Positions 1-13,581 are shown, counted from the stretch's first letter. The stretch: DNA of 64,000 nucleotides from Octopus vulgaris (GCA_951406725.2 OX597815.1:84010001-84074000); one strand, 5' to 3'. Program-made: numbers and translations. Notes: generated from the letters alone by a model not told the origin.

Positions 1-129
1 TGTTTACACGCAAAACACTCACAACTACACACACTCACACACACATTAATTTTGATTTGTCCTGCGCTCTCCATAACGTTTCTCTTCATGTAAACCCTTG
101 TGGTTAATAAATATATTATCATTATTATT

Positions 130-348
130 GAGCTGGCAGAAACGTTAGCAGGCCGGGCGAAATGCGTAGCCGTATTTCGTCTGCCGTTACGTTCTGAGTT
201 CAAATTACGCCGAGGTCGACTTTGTCTTTCATTCTTTCGGGGTCGATAAATTAAGTACCAGTTACGCACTGGGGTCGATATAATCGAATTAATACTTTGT
301 CCTTGTTTGTCCCCTCTATGTTTAGCCCCTTGTGGGTAATAAAGAAAT
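130..348 (+). mobile_element. tRNA-derived SINE, family A (Meta-domain-like core, LINE-like 3' tail)
   Basis: Head GAGCTGGCAGAAACGTTAG, B-box-like GAGTTCAAATT, core TTTCATTCTTTCGGGGTCGATAAATTAAGTACCAG, tail TTGTCCCCTCTATGTTTAGCCCCTTGTGGGTAATAAAGAAATA; near-identical copies at 35725 and 59821. Confidence 0.85.
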
Positions 349-394
349 ATATTATTATTATTATTATTAGTAGTAGTAGTAGTAGTAGTAGTAA

Positions 395-479
<85 letters not shown>

Positions 480-493
480 GGTGGTGGTGGTGG
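349..493. repeat. compound microsatellite (TTA)n-(TAG)n-(TGG)n
   Basis: directly visible. Confidence 0.97.
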
Positions 494-1210
494 TACGGGG
501 ATTGTCGTTGCTGATCCGGGTAGTTGATTTGGGTATGTTGCTAACAATAAGTCTTGACGTTGTGATGATGTGAATTCCATTGTGATATTGGGAACAATGC
601 CACTGAAACGAAGTTTGTTTCATGATGACAGTTGTAACAGTGATAAGAGTGTTGTTATTGATGTCATTGTTGTTGCTGTTGTTGTTGTTGACGTTATTAT
701 TACAGTTAGTCATAGTGGAGTTGATAGTTGTGATATCGTAGATGATAGATTAGGATGACGATAAAGCAGAAGAAGGGAAAATATGAATTGAAGAAGGTGA
801 GGGTGTAGGAAAAGAAAGCTGGTAAGGCTGGGTGATGTTTATGGCGATAGTGAAATTATTGGTGAAATATCATAAAATATTGTGCTTTTGTTCCTGTCTA
901 TCAGACAAAAAGAAGTTCCCTTGATTTAGATGTTTTCTTTTGCAATCTCACAAATAAAACTGATTGTCTTTTTGATGTCTTTTCTGTTTTCATAATTTTC
1001 AGAAACTTATTAAAATCAATGGTGTCTAGAAATATTCAAAGGAAAGGAGAACGGAAACAGACAAATTCTAACAATATTATCGGTAGAATAATCGATTTAT
1101 ACACACACGCGCGCACGCACGCATGCACGCGCGCGCGCACACACACACGCACACTCGAGGCAATCACCAAGTAAACACACGCAAAAACACATACACTCAC
1201 ATTGACGCAT

Positions 1211-1247
<37 letters not shown>

Positions 1248-3668
1248 CATTCATATACATACATGTATGTATGTATGTATGTATGTATATATGCATGTTT
1301 CTGTGTATAGCCTTATATATTTATATATATATATACATTTATTCATATATACATATATATGTATGTTTGTATGTATGTATATATACATATATATTTATTT
1401 TATATACTCTGTATATATATATATATATGTGTGTATGTGTGTGTGTATAGTATGCGTTTGTGTATGTAGATACGCACATACACGCCCACATATATACAGA
1501 GAGGGGGATACAGAGACAGCGAGGAAAAGAGAGATAGAGAGAGGAAGAGAAAGAGAGAAAGATGTAAACGGAACAACCTAATATATAGTACATATAACTT
1601 TAAGAGATGCCTTTCCTTATTCGTTACTTGAAAAAAATCACTGTAACATTAATATACAAAATCAGTATAAGATTATAAACTCGAATGAAAGGATCAATGT
1701 ATTTGGTAAAATTAACTTCGTTATTTCCCTGTTGTATACATTATATACCCGTAGGAATAATAGACCATCAGCCCAGCGTATCTATTTTCACGGTTCTGAG
1801 TCGATAATCGGTAATTTTTGACTTAAGTGTTAGAACCGGGATTTGGTTTGGATAATCGAAAATTTGTAATTCATATTTTGTCCAAAGTTTTACTCTCAGC
1901 TGTTTTCACTTCGTTTTCAAGAACACAATATTTGGAAGTTGTCTGAAAGTTTTGATTATGCAACCTTTAAATCTTGATCCGTTGGGGAGAGTGCAAACAG
2001 CGGACATGCTGGGGTATTAAACGAGAGAGTAAGGTACTAATCTCACTGCGCTTTTTTCATTTCAGATTTTCTTTTGGCTATGAACAAACGAAAATGGTCA
2101 CATTGGTCTCAGTTTGTCTGCAGGACTAAGAACACATTACTTTATACCACAGACCATAAAAGTAAAACTAGTGACTGCATATTATAATGACACCAAGATA
2201 GACTAAGACAGGACAATATACTTGACGTAAAGATTAAACAATAAAACCATCATGTGATTTTTGGACACGTGCTCACATTAGTTTGTGTCTTTTAGCCGAA
2301 AAATGATTCAAAACATACTAACTAAATACACAAATACGCACGCACTCACACACAAAAGCACTTATATTCGTATATGTATATGTATGTTTATAAGAGCGAT
2401 AAGGATGAACATGGAGTATATTATAGTTCTTTCCGCATTTCATCATTATGGTTGTTTGTATCCTTGCAATAGTTGATTCAAGTGTATTTAGATGCATTCA
2501 CACACCCATACACACGCACTCATACACACACATATGTATATATGCTATATAGGTATGGAAAAAAACTAATAAGTGTCCTCTTGAAGCACATCTGCATTTT
2601 CCAGAATAATACAATTCAGGATGTAGTTGTTATCGTTGTTGCATTGACGTGAGGTACATAAGCGATTCGAAAATTCTGAAATATTGCTTGAAGTGTTATT
2701 ACATAAGAAAACAGGAATCTGGAAAATTATCATTTGTTTCTCTATCCGAAAGATTTTTAATAGGGAATTTCTTACATTTATATCCAACATGTACAATTTT
2801 GTGATCCCTATTAGCAAATGAAACATGTGTAATGGGGAATAACTAATGCCAAAACATTTACCAATTTCTTGTTTTGTTTTATATATATCTTACGTTAGAC
2901 CATACCACGCTTAGTTGAATTTCTATTAACATCAGAATAAAAGAAAACAAAGGAAACCTATATACTGCTGAGTTATCTTTGAAAACAACCGAAAACGTAT
3001 ATCAATTTTTTTTTTTAATCCAGGATCGAAACTATGTGACTGTAGTAGTAACACTAACCTACTAACATTACAAATGTTATTCAAACTACTGGAAAGACGT
3101 CACAACTCCACCTCACACTACTCACTATCACACACAAATCTATCAAGATTCACTGTATAGGCTACTACAAACTACACCACTAATTTTTTTCCTCGCTCCA
3201 ACGTTCTTCTCTACGTTGATCAGAAATAGAATGAAGCTTCAGTTGAACGTAAAAAAGAAAATAGTAATTAAATAACAAAGCCAAAAAAGAAAAGATTCTT
3301 TATTAAACATTTCGATATCTTTTGTCCTTTATGGCTTCATGTGTGGCTCCATTTTCACTGAAATAAATATTCTGTATAATTCTTAATATAATGAATACTA
3401 TTTACAGATTGGTGTTATTTTTACTGAGACAACAATCTTGGATATTTTTTATCTCAACCCATCTCTCTCTCCCTCTCTCCGTCTCTCGTCCTCTCTTTCT
3501 CTCTCACTCACACTTTCTCTCTATGAAGCATTCAACCAGAGAAGTTTTCTGCTATTGGTTGTTGTGTATGTACAATTCATATTTTCGTAATAATGATATT
3601 GATAAAAGTTATTTTATTAAAAATTCGACCCATACATTATGCCATTAATAAAACAGTAATACTATCCC

Positions 3669-3747
<79 letters not shown>

Positions 3748-3838
3748 CTTTTTCTTCTTCTTCTTCTTCTTCTTCTTCTTCTTTTTCTTCTTCTTTTTCT
3801 TCTTTTTCTTCTTCTTCTTCTTCTCCTTCTTCTTCTTG
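3669..3838. repeat. compound microsatellite (TTG)n-(TTC)n
   Basis: directly visible. Confidence 0.97.
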
Positions 3839-3867
3839 TCATTTTTATTATTAATAATATGATGGAA

Positions 3868-4780
3868 AGTGTCAGTTGTCCACAGCCAACAGACTAAGGT
3901 GGCACTTGTTTACTGGTCGTGCTTCAAGAACCCTGCGAAGAATTCTTGCACTTCCAAGCAATGCTGACTTTTGTAGGTGTTCTACCGCCACATTTGCACC
4001 GATCTTTCTCATTTCAGCCATGTTGGTAATTGAATACTGATACTTCCAAGTGCACCAGTTACTATTGGTATCACGTCTACTCTCTTCATTGAGCACAACC
4101 TTTGTATTTCATACATTAAATCGTCGTAGTTGTTTATTTTTTCTTCTTCTCTCACATTGATCCTTTTGCCACCGCAGCATGCTATGTCGATAACCATACA
4201 TGTTCTTTCTTTTTTATTCACCACAACAATGTCCGGTCTCCGATGTCTGGTCAGGTGATTGCACTGGGTCATTGCATCCCACAGGATTTTGCAATCCTCA
4301 TTTTCGGTGACTCCTTCTGGAGTTTACTAATACCACGGCTTTGCTCTCTGTAGGCCGTGGTTTCCAATGTATCATTCTTGCCACATTATCATGGCCTTTC
4401 GTATTCACGTTGAGCTAATTTCGGGTATTTGCTAATGATGTGCCATAGCGTTTCACCCCCTTCACTGCATTTGTCGCTATCGGTAGTGTTGTCTATTCTG
4501 CACTTTATATACCTGATCCTTAGCGCTTGTACCTAAGCTGCATATATGAGTGCTCTATTTTCAGATCCTTTCTCCTCATCCATGGCCACCAGTACTCTGT
4601 ATCTGTCGTCGCGTTCACATATCTTGCAAACTGACCGTACATTTTCTTTTCCTTCCATGCTTTTTCTTTTTTTCTGTATTTTTTGTTCTTTTCTTGCTTA
4701 AATTTTTCTTTAGTTACGCAATTTTCAATGTTGATGACGCCGCTCTTCTTCGTGTGTTCCAACAGTGTCTCTACAGCATT
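3868..4780 (-). mobile_element. degenerate 3' part of an R4/Dong-clade (RLE) non-LTR retrotransposon
   Basis: Frameshifted peptides KEKKMYGQF, RPDIVVVNKKERTCMVIDIAC...EEEKINNYDDL (PD-(D/E)xK restriction-like endonuclease) and EHLQKSALLGSARILRRVLE; abuts (TTA)n at 4785-4856. Confidence 0.88.
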
Positions 4781-4785
4781 TTTTA

Positions 4786-4858
<73 letters not shown>

Positions 4859-4862
4859 TTAT

Positions 4863-4988
4863 AGGCGCAGGAGTGAATGTGTGTTAAGTAGCTTGATTAC
4901 CAACCACACGGTTCCGGGTTCAGTCTCATTGCGTGGCACCTTGGGCAAGTGTCTTCTGCTATAGCCGCGGGTCGACCAAAACCTTGAG
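4863..4988 (+). mobile_element. SINE family B (tRNA head plus CORE-like box), 5' part
   Basis: GGCGCAGGAGTG...GGTTCCGGGTTCAGTCTCATTGCGTGGCACCTTGGGCAAGTGTCTTCT; matches copies at 23521, 54722, 55527 and 56672. Confidence 0.8.
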
Positions 4989-6171
4989 GTACGTTGGCTG
5001 TTCAACCTAAGTGCCAGCAGCAACGAAACCCCACAGTTTGTCTGGTGTAAGCACTAACCGATTTTGATTTTTTTAATTGCTGCAAGGAGTTTGTTGCAAT
5101 TTGCAGCTTGGAACAATTGGATGATGATCGCGATGATGATGATTATCAGAATCAGGATGACCACGATGATGAAGTTGATGATGATGATGATGATGATAGC
5201 TTCCAGTTTAAGCCCAATTCTTGTATGTTTTAGGAAAAGTGTGTAGCTGAGTACATTGACAGTGAGTAAAGTTAAAGTTGACTTTGATCGGTGAGATTCT
5301 GAACGTAGAGAGCGAAAATTAAATACGAGAAAACAGTATATCCAGTGCTGTAATACTTTTCCTAAACCATCGATCTTCCCTCCTCCTCCTCTACCTATTA
5401 CTGATACTACTACTACTAAGAAGAAGAAGAATTACTTCTTCCATTGGCCACACTGATGGATGATCGGGGGTACTGTGGAAAATGGCCTTCTATGCGCCGA
5501 ACTTTGGAGCCTTCAAAGGCATTCAATCACGCTATACAGGTTACAGTCACCCGCCATTTTTATTAATTTACTTGGGTGGGGGTAGCATCTATTTCTCAGG
5601 TCTTACCTTCCTATTCAATTGGAACTTTGAAAATTTGATGCGGGCAAACCCCAAAAGCTAACTACCTGTCTTTCAGTCTCACCTACCTCACGACAATAAA
5701 TCGCAACTCAGAGAAAAGCTGCATGTCCTTCCCAGCGAAAAGAAGGCGGCACGGCGATCTTTACGGTGGGGTCCGCTTATAGCTAGATCCCGCCGAGACA
5801 TGAAAGCAAGATCCGATATAAATACATAAGTCATAAATGCTCAAGCATCGTACGAGCATGTGCAGGATGGTTTCGCCAATCGGTGTCCATATCAGACCCG
5901 CAGAGGTTATCCTGGTAGAGGAATACTTTCCGCATCCTGTTAGCGGTGCCAAGTAAGGGGTTATTGGAAAATTATTCAAGGGATCTGGATTGAAAGTCCT
6001 TCAGAAAAGACTAATTTCATATTCGCCTCGGGAACGTCGCTGCAATTATATACTATAAATTATCAATAGAATGCTATGGTGAAACATTCACAAACCACAG
6101 AGCTCAATTGTCCTCTCTTCCTACTCACATTTAAAATTGCGCGAGTTGCTTCAGTGTGCTACGTCGTTAAC

Positions 6172-6504
6172 TGGTGTGGTTAGACTATCGAGCTCATAAC
6201 TATGGGGTTAGTGAGTTCGATTCCCGGATGGGGCTGTGTGTTGTATTCTTGAGAAAGACATTTTGTTTCATGTTCATACAGTTCACTCAGGTAGAGAAAT
6301 GATTTGCGACATTACTGGTGCCAAGCTGCATCAGACTTTGCATATCCTTTGAATATCATCGGTGGCGTGGAGAGGGGAGATTGGTATGCATGGGTGACTG
6401 CTGGTCTTCTATAAACAACCTTTCCTGGGTATATGCCTCTGAAGGTAACTTTCTAGGTGCAATCCTATGGTCATTCATGACTGAAGTGGGTCAGTACCTT
6501 TTAC

Positions 6505-6505
<1 letters not shown>
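6172..6505 (+). mobile_element. SINE family D (tRNA head plus V-domain-like core)
   Basis: B-box GAGTTCGATTCCC, core TTCTTGAGAAAGACATTTTG...CAGTTCACTCAG, tail ...GGTGCAATCCTATGGTCATTCATGACTGAAG; homologous to 41030 and 53065. Confidence 0.78.
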
Positions 6506-6601
<96 letters not shown>

Positions 6602-6622
6602 TACATACATATATCCGACACC

Positions 6623-6930
6623 AGAATAAAATAGGAGGTTTAGTTTATTTTGTTACAGCATCATAAATAACGCAATTTTTACACGGGTTTCTCTATTGAA
6701 TACTGGCATGTTGTACGGAAAGAGTTACGTAAATGGTGGCATAATCACGTTGAATCACCAGATAATAATAAATAACAATGAAATAACAATTGTCTTCTGA
6801 AGAACTGGTGTTTCAATGTGATTATGATTCGTCTACGTAACGATTACCGCAAAGTATACAAGTATTCGCTAGTGAAACGTGTTTAAAGATTAATTCATTG
6901 CTATCATAACTAAACCTCCCGTTTTACTCT
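6623..6930. repeat. ~310-bp imperfect palindrome with a hammerhead-like motif in the right arm (Penelope pLTR-like)
   Basis: GGAGGTTTAGT / ACTAAACCTCC and GTTACGTAAATGGTGGCATAATCACGTTGAATCACCAG / CTGGTGTTTCAATGTGATTATGATTCGTCTACGTAAC are reverse complements; CTGAAGA at 6797 and GAAACGTGTT at 6874. Confidence 0.8.
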
Positions 6931-7169
6931 ACCCTCTGATAAGCACTCAATAAGTTATTCAAATGTGTATACAAAAAGGAAAAGTAGGACATATTGTGTC
7001 AATACTTAACTGGAATTTGGATATAGATTGATTTACCTGTAATTGTAATATTTAGTGAACCGTTATGCAATCTCATTCACATTCTTTCAAAATATATATG
7101 CGCGTGTGAGTGCGTCATGTGTGTTTGTATACATATATATATAAATGCATACATACATACATACATACA

Positions 7170-7205
<36 letters not shown>

Positions 7206-7307
7206 TATACCATAATGATATTCGTGAGGCAGCTGACGATGGAGGTAAGTTGGATTCTTGGTATGGCTGTTTTTGCATATGTGGAAAGGTGCTATATCTC
7301 TTTCTTT

Positions 7308-7374
<67 letters not shown>

Positions 7375-9399
7375 TATTTATATATATATATACAGACATA
7401 TGCATATACAAGTTCCCATGCATATATACATATCTGTACTCACGCACGCACACCTGTGTGTGTGTGTAAGTGAGCGTGTGTACGTATGTGTGTATCTGTA
7501 CATCTACATACATGCGTGCGAGTATATACATGTGTATATATTTATGTTAGTTACCTGATGAGGGTATTTAATTTTATATGAAGTAAGTTTAAATGAGATA
7601 GCAGTGATAAAAATCTAATTGGGAAAAGAAACTGGAGTGACCGGAAAATTTTACATAATTAGGAGTTTTTCGTACTGATTGAACTTTTTAATTACACAAC
7701 TTAGATTTCTTTTATAATCTAACATCTAGTTTTATTGAAATATTCACCGATCTCATATATATGTGCATTTGGGTGTGCTGAGGGAGAGAGAGTGGGCTGG
7801 GGTTTATGTACGCGTGTGCGCAATTCCATAAACGTTTGAAGTCAAGTATGTGTGTCTGTTATTTATATACATGTAAATTTGTGTACGTTACTGGGTATGT
7901 TTGGGTGCTGATTAAGTATGTCAATATGTTTAGTTTTTTTGTTGTTTTTTGTATTCTCAGTGATTTCTCATTTCTTCATTTAAACTTTTGTCGCACCAAA
8001 CAGATATTACTGAAGCAATCATACTTTGCGGCTTGGGAAATATTTGTGTGGAACTCTTTGTGCATTAAATTCTAAGTTACGTTTCACCATTTATCTCACT
8101 TTGTTCCTCAAAATACGGCACAAGTCAAGGCAGCAACCCTACGAATCATCTGTGTGTGTCTGTGTGTAATTATCTCTGGTATTCTCTTTCTCGTTCGCTC
8201 TCTATATTTTTTTTATTTATTTGAAGTTACTCATACTTGCGCGAAATTTGAAGATTCAAATTTTTAAGCATCCACAGTATTACTTCACTTAATATTCTAC
8301 TTGGTCAGTTACTAGAAATATAAGAAATATCTTATTAGTGCATTTACATATTCTGTTAAATTTAATATTAACTTAAATTTCTCCAAATATATAGCCTAAA
8401 TGAAGGACCTACCACGTAGCCACTGATACATTGAATGTAGCAGCCATATTAATCTCAAACCAAGCCTAATACACTTTGAAAAAAAAAAAAGAAAGATATA
8501 TTGTTTAATGTAATCTTATATATATATATTCGTCCTGGCTGGACCCCTAGTGCTTTTATTTGCCTTAGGGCAAAAAGAAGCGCTGAGGAATTATTACATT
8601 TTCTTTTCAAAACTTTCAGTGTTTTAGTTAAATCGCCTTTCACGTTTAGCCTATTGACATCGCCAGTTCCAGATCTTGTTCCGGCGAATGTGTAGTGCGA
8701 TGATAAGCGTCACTCACTCTTTATATACGTAGCTTCTATCCGTAGTCACAAGATGTCGGTCCTAGACCCAATTACAGAACGTTTTCGTTTCCAAATCTGA
8801 TTCTAAATTAAAAACATATCCTTCCAGTATCATTTTGGCTTTCGAACAAGGTCGACAAAATTGGCACTGGAAAAATATTGGTATCTATTAAACCGTATAT
8901 CTTACATCTTTCCAGGAAGATTTCTCACATTGCTTTCATGTAAGGATGTAATTTGGCAGCAACAGTAGAGCATTAATATATTTATGTTGGTCCTGTTTTA
9001 AGAAACTAATGTCTGTCAGCTTATGACGGAGTTTTACAAAGCAAATAATGACACCGAATATTGCTTCTTTTACAAACAATGGTCGCAATGAAATCACAAC
9101 CAGCATTATAAATTTTTGCTCAGTATTATCAGCCTTAGATTTTGCTTGACGAAACCTGAACGATATAGTAATAGGTCATTACAATATAAATTTGTTTCAA
9201 ACTTTGGCACAAGGCCAAGGATTTTGGTGGGATACTTATTTTGTCGACTCCGGGAAGGTTAAAAGTAAAGTCAACCACTTCAAAATTTGGACTTGGAATG
9301 TAAAGACAAACGAAATGCCGTCTCGATCTCGGTTTATTGGGACTTTAAATCTTCTGCAGTTTTTGTCATAGAAAGGCTCTTAATAAGTATTACAGAGAA

Positions 9400-9530
9400 A
9401 GGTGGCGAGCTTGCCAAATTGTTAACACGCTGGACAAAATGCTCAGCGGCATTTCATCTGTCCTTACGTTCTGAGTTCAAATTCCGCCAAAATCGACCTT
9501 GTCTTTCATCATATTGGGTTCGATAAAATA
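9400..9530 (+). mobile_element. SINE family A, degenerate and truncated
   Basis: GGTGGCGAGCTTGCC...GAGTTCAAATTCCGCC...GGGTTCGATAAAATA. Confidence 0.7.
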
Positions 9531-11243
9531 GTTTGAGGCACTTTACGTATTGTTGTGGGGAATTAGTAATAATGGTACACCCCTCCCACATGACAAATGG
9601 AAAAACCTAGTCACTGTAAGTTAAGAGAATTACGTGAAGTTCAAGAGTACGTAGAAGGCGGTCAGAGATAGTCGTGTCTTTACTGGTTTTACTGTGTACT
9701 GTAACAGAAATGGGCGTTATAACAGTCCAACAGTTGGTGGATACAACACTTACCCACTCCTCTCAAAAATTGCTGGCCCTGCGCCTAAATTCGGAATCAT
9801 TATTAAATACTTCTTTCACTGAGGTACACAGCTTTAATTCAACTTCCACTGAGCCGTTCATTTTCGAGCGAAAATAAATCAACATCATTAATATGAACAA
9901 TATTTACCTTTTCTATTAATTTGCATTTCCAGTTCATTTGGTTTAAGTGACTGGAGTTAAGCGGACTAAATCATTTAAGCATTCATTTCCATCTCTCTAC
10001 GTTCTAATTGGAAATCACATGGTGATGGTCTTTACTCTTCCTGGGTCGATATATTGGGTGCCATGAATATACAGACACCGTATTTATAAACCCTATGCAG
10101 CACACTACAAATAAAAATAGTCTGTTTTAACTTCAAAGAAATCGATATTGAAAATTCAATTATAACCAGACTGATTTCTTAACTGGTTTCTTTATATTTT
10201 CTATATATCGATGTTTTCTTTATATTTGTTTTGTTAGTTTTCTTTTTAATTACTTTATTAAAGAGGATTCTTGGATACACGAAACTGTGATTTTGGGTGC
10301 AAATCTAATTTCTTTCTTAATTTTACACTTGCTAAAAGATAATATATATATTTTCACTTTTCTGTTTTCTCTCTTTTGGCAAGCTTCTGTCTTCAGCTTC
10401 CATAATATCACACTTTCTCTTTATCAGCTTCATTCCCAGTCTCACTTTTGTTGCTTTTTTTCTGTCTAACTATTATGTTACTCTCCTTCCAACTCGCTTT
10501 GCTTCAATAATCATCTTTGCTTGCATATTTTTGTCTTCTCTTTCTCGCGCTCCTTTATCTCTGTAAATTCAACATCATTTTCTCTCTCTAACTATCATTC
10601 CATCTCTCACTCTCTTTTATGACTCACAGCATTTCTTTCTCCTTATTTTTGTTCCTTGAAATCATATCTCATTAATCCACATTACCGCTTTCTCTTTTAC
10701 AATCCACGTTACACTCTTTTTTCCTCCATTTCGCTCTGTTTCTATACACACTACTCAGAGATGTCTCCCAGTATTCTTTCTCCACCCATTTTTCGAAAAC
10801 TACTCCTGGTAACCTTACTCTTAGTTTCGCAATATTTATCGGCTTTTCTATGTCCACGGATTACAACCTGTTCTCTAGCCATTTTTTCCTTCACTTTTCA
10901 GTTTCTGCTTCTCTTCTATCCATGTCTTTCAACCCGTATAGAATCAGAGCTCTTTTTCGTTCCCTCTTTCTATTAACTCTCTACAGCACCTTATCATTTC
11001 GCTTCGTGTGTGTGTTTCCGTATCCTCTTATCTTCCATTTTGTTTGAAAATATTTCTGTATCTCCACCTCTTCCTTTCTTGCCCTGTCACACTCTACCTC
11101 TCTGTTTCTCATGCTCTCCTTGTCAGCTACCCAGTCATTCTTTTGTTTCATGCTATGTCAAATAATATACCTCTCCCAATCACTCGCTCTATACTCTCTC
11201 TCTCTCTCTCTCTTTCTCTGTTTGTATGTCTGTTTGTTTGTCC

Positions 11244-11277
<34 letters not shown>

Positions 11278-11355
11278 GTACGTGTGCGTATGATGTATGT
11301 GTATGACTGTGTGTGAGGTATGTATGTGTTGTGAGTGTGTGACAAGGGCTGCATA

Positions 11356-11739
11356 TCTCTCTCTATATAAACGGTAGCTTGTATGTCTGTGTGTCTGTGT
11401 GTCTGTCAGGTTGTACCCTCACCCTGACCACGGCTTTCAACCGATTCTGATGAAACTTGACACACACATAGCCCAATGTCATAATTCAAAACTAACGCAG
11501 CGAAAATTTTGAAAAGTTCCCCCAGTTCTGAAAAAAATCGATAAATTCGACATGGGGTCGAGAATCATAAACACAAACCACAGACTGTCTAGGGGACGCA
11601 ACTCGACCTTTTTAACTCTCAAAAAAAATTTACCATAATTTTTTTCCCATTTTTTTGCTATATTTTGGCTATAACTCTCTAAAAATGCTTTATAGTTATT
11701 TCCCTTACAAACCCGAGCAACGCCGGGCGATACTGCTAG
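11356..11739 (+). mobile_element. non-autonomous Helitron
   Basis: 5' TC after A, subterminal hairpin CCCGAGCAACGCCGGG, 3' CTAG followed by T (A|T insertion, no TSD); same 3' end at 38969 and 50390. Confidence 0.88.
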
Positions 11740-13386
11740 TAGACTATAGATTGAGATGGATCCAAATTTTTGTTTTTAGACTCATTCCGTCACCTGTTGA
11801 TGTAAAACTACCCGCATAAAAATCCCCCTTGTGACTAGCACCTGCATTAACATTAATTCCTAACTAACCAGATATCGATTGAACTTGTTCGGACACCATG
11901 TAGTACAAATACGCTTTAGGATTACCCACGGCCAAATACATTATGGTCAAACCTTCGCTGAAATATGAATGAAGTTATTCAAAGATAAGCTAAAGCTCCC
12001 TATGAAAAGGAGAACATTAGCCCTTCAAGGCTAGAAAGCATAGTTAACCGCCTCTCACTTTGGCAGTCTAATGCTAAGGGTAGCTTCAAGATATGAGAAC
12101 TATTCGGAAAAGCGACAAAACTAGGCGTACATGCAGAATTGTATATGTACATTGCGATATTCGGTTATCAAAGCATACACAAATGACAGATAAAATGCTA
12201 TTGTATAAGAATCCGTGACCATCCATAAGCAGACAAAACTATGTGTTTGTACGTGAACCTGTGTGTGTTTGCGTGCGTACGAGCAGGTATATGTGTTTAC
12301 GTCACCATTTTTTCTTTACCCGCTTCGTCTCATCATTACACTTCTCTTTTTCTACTTCTCGATGTTTCCCGTCCAGTATCAGGCTTGCTCTCTCTCACTC
12401 ACTCCCCCTCTCCCTCACTCGTTCTTTCTCTCTTTCTCTAATTTTGTCTATCTGTTTCTCTTTTTTCTTTCTCTCTGTCTCTCTCTCTCTCCCATTATTT
12501 GACAAATCTATCTATTTTCAGTTACATCTAGTTTATTTGTGTGTCACTTTCTCTCCTTATACTTGCCGATATCTTCCTCTGACATCCGTTCCTCGATATA
12601 AATATTACATCCAATATTCGTTTATGTTTAACATTAAGAAAACGTTATGTAATGGATGAACACTTGGAAATACAGTTTCATGAAAAACGAACAACAAGGC
12701 AAAACAAAAAACAAGACAAGCAGCCATATTGTCTCTGTCTCCTCTCTATCTCAAATTCATTTTCTCTCTCACACACAAATACACGCCTACAGACACTCGT
12801 GCATAGGCACACACACAAACACCATGAACAGCTCATAGAGAGTGTTATATATGCAGAGTCGGTGAAATATAAGAGAGCAATGAAAAGGGAATTGTGAGCT
12901 CCAAATCGAAAAATTCCAATCAAGTAAAGAGCATATCAAATACTTTATAATTCCTCTTTCTATTGTTTCTGACGTCTACTCTGAATTATTGATTTTTCAT
13001 TGGAAGTTCGTAGGATTGACTTGTTATTTATTTATTTTTTAATTATTTCCTTTACTTCGTTAATTCAGGAGTGAAAATATAAAGCAAAACAACAAGAACG
13101 GTGTGCAGCATTCGTTGAAATAGAATTTCCAATTACCAAAACTTCTGTGAATTCTTTGAAGAATATTACAATAATATATAAGTTATCTAACACTATATCT
13201 ATTCTATATGTGTATAGATGGGGTAGGTGAATGTCTTAGAGTGAATGTCTGTGTGATTGTGTGCATCTATATGCTATATTCTCTTGGCACATCGTATGTT
13301 CTTAATTGAATCCATTACTCAGTATTTTTATTATAATCATTCACAAGTATTTTAGAAATGTTATATAAATTTTATTGTTATTTTCT

Positions 13387-13409
<23 letters not shown>

Positions 13410-13427
<18 letters not shown>

Positions 13428-13434
13428 CACATAG

Positions 13435-13466
<32 letters not shown>

Positions 13467-13536
13467 CACATACATATAGTATATATATATATATACACAT
13501 ACATATAGTATATATATATATATACACATACATATA

Positions 13537-13545
<9 letters not shown>
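13410..13545. repeat. minisatellite, ~28-30-bp unit (TA)n-CACATACATATAG, about 5 copies
   Basis: directly visible inside a TA tract. Confidence 0.85.

Positions 13546-13581
<36 letters not shown>

Noticed and set aside
2566-2720. Possible terminal exon on the minus strand after TTTTCCAG (IPVFLCNN...QEDTY* or FLFSYVITLQAIFQNFRIAY...)
   Set aside because: No recognisable homology and no partner exons found; needs BLASTX or RNA-seq
8560-8810. TATA-like TATATAAAG on the minus strand with CpG-containing downstream sequence
   Set aside because: The following ATG closes after 4 codons, and TATA-like words are everywhere in this AT-rich DNA
13410-13545. Regularly spaced short repeats resembling a CRISPR array
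   Set aside because: The spacers are only (TA)n, there are no cas genes and the context is eukaryotic; it is a minisatellite
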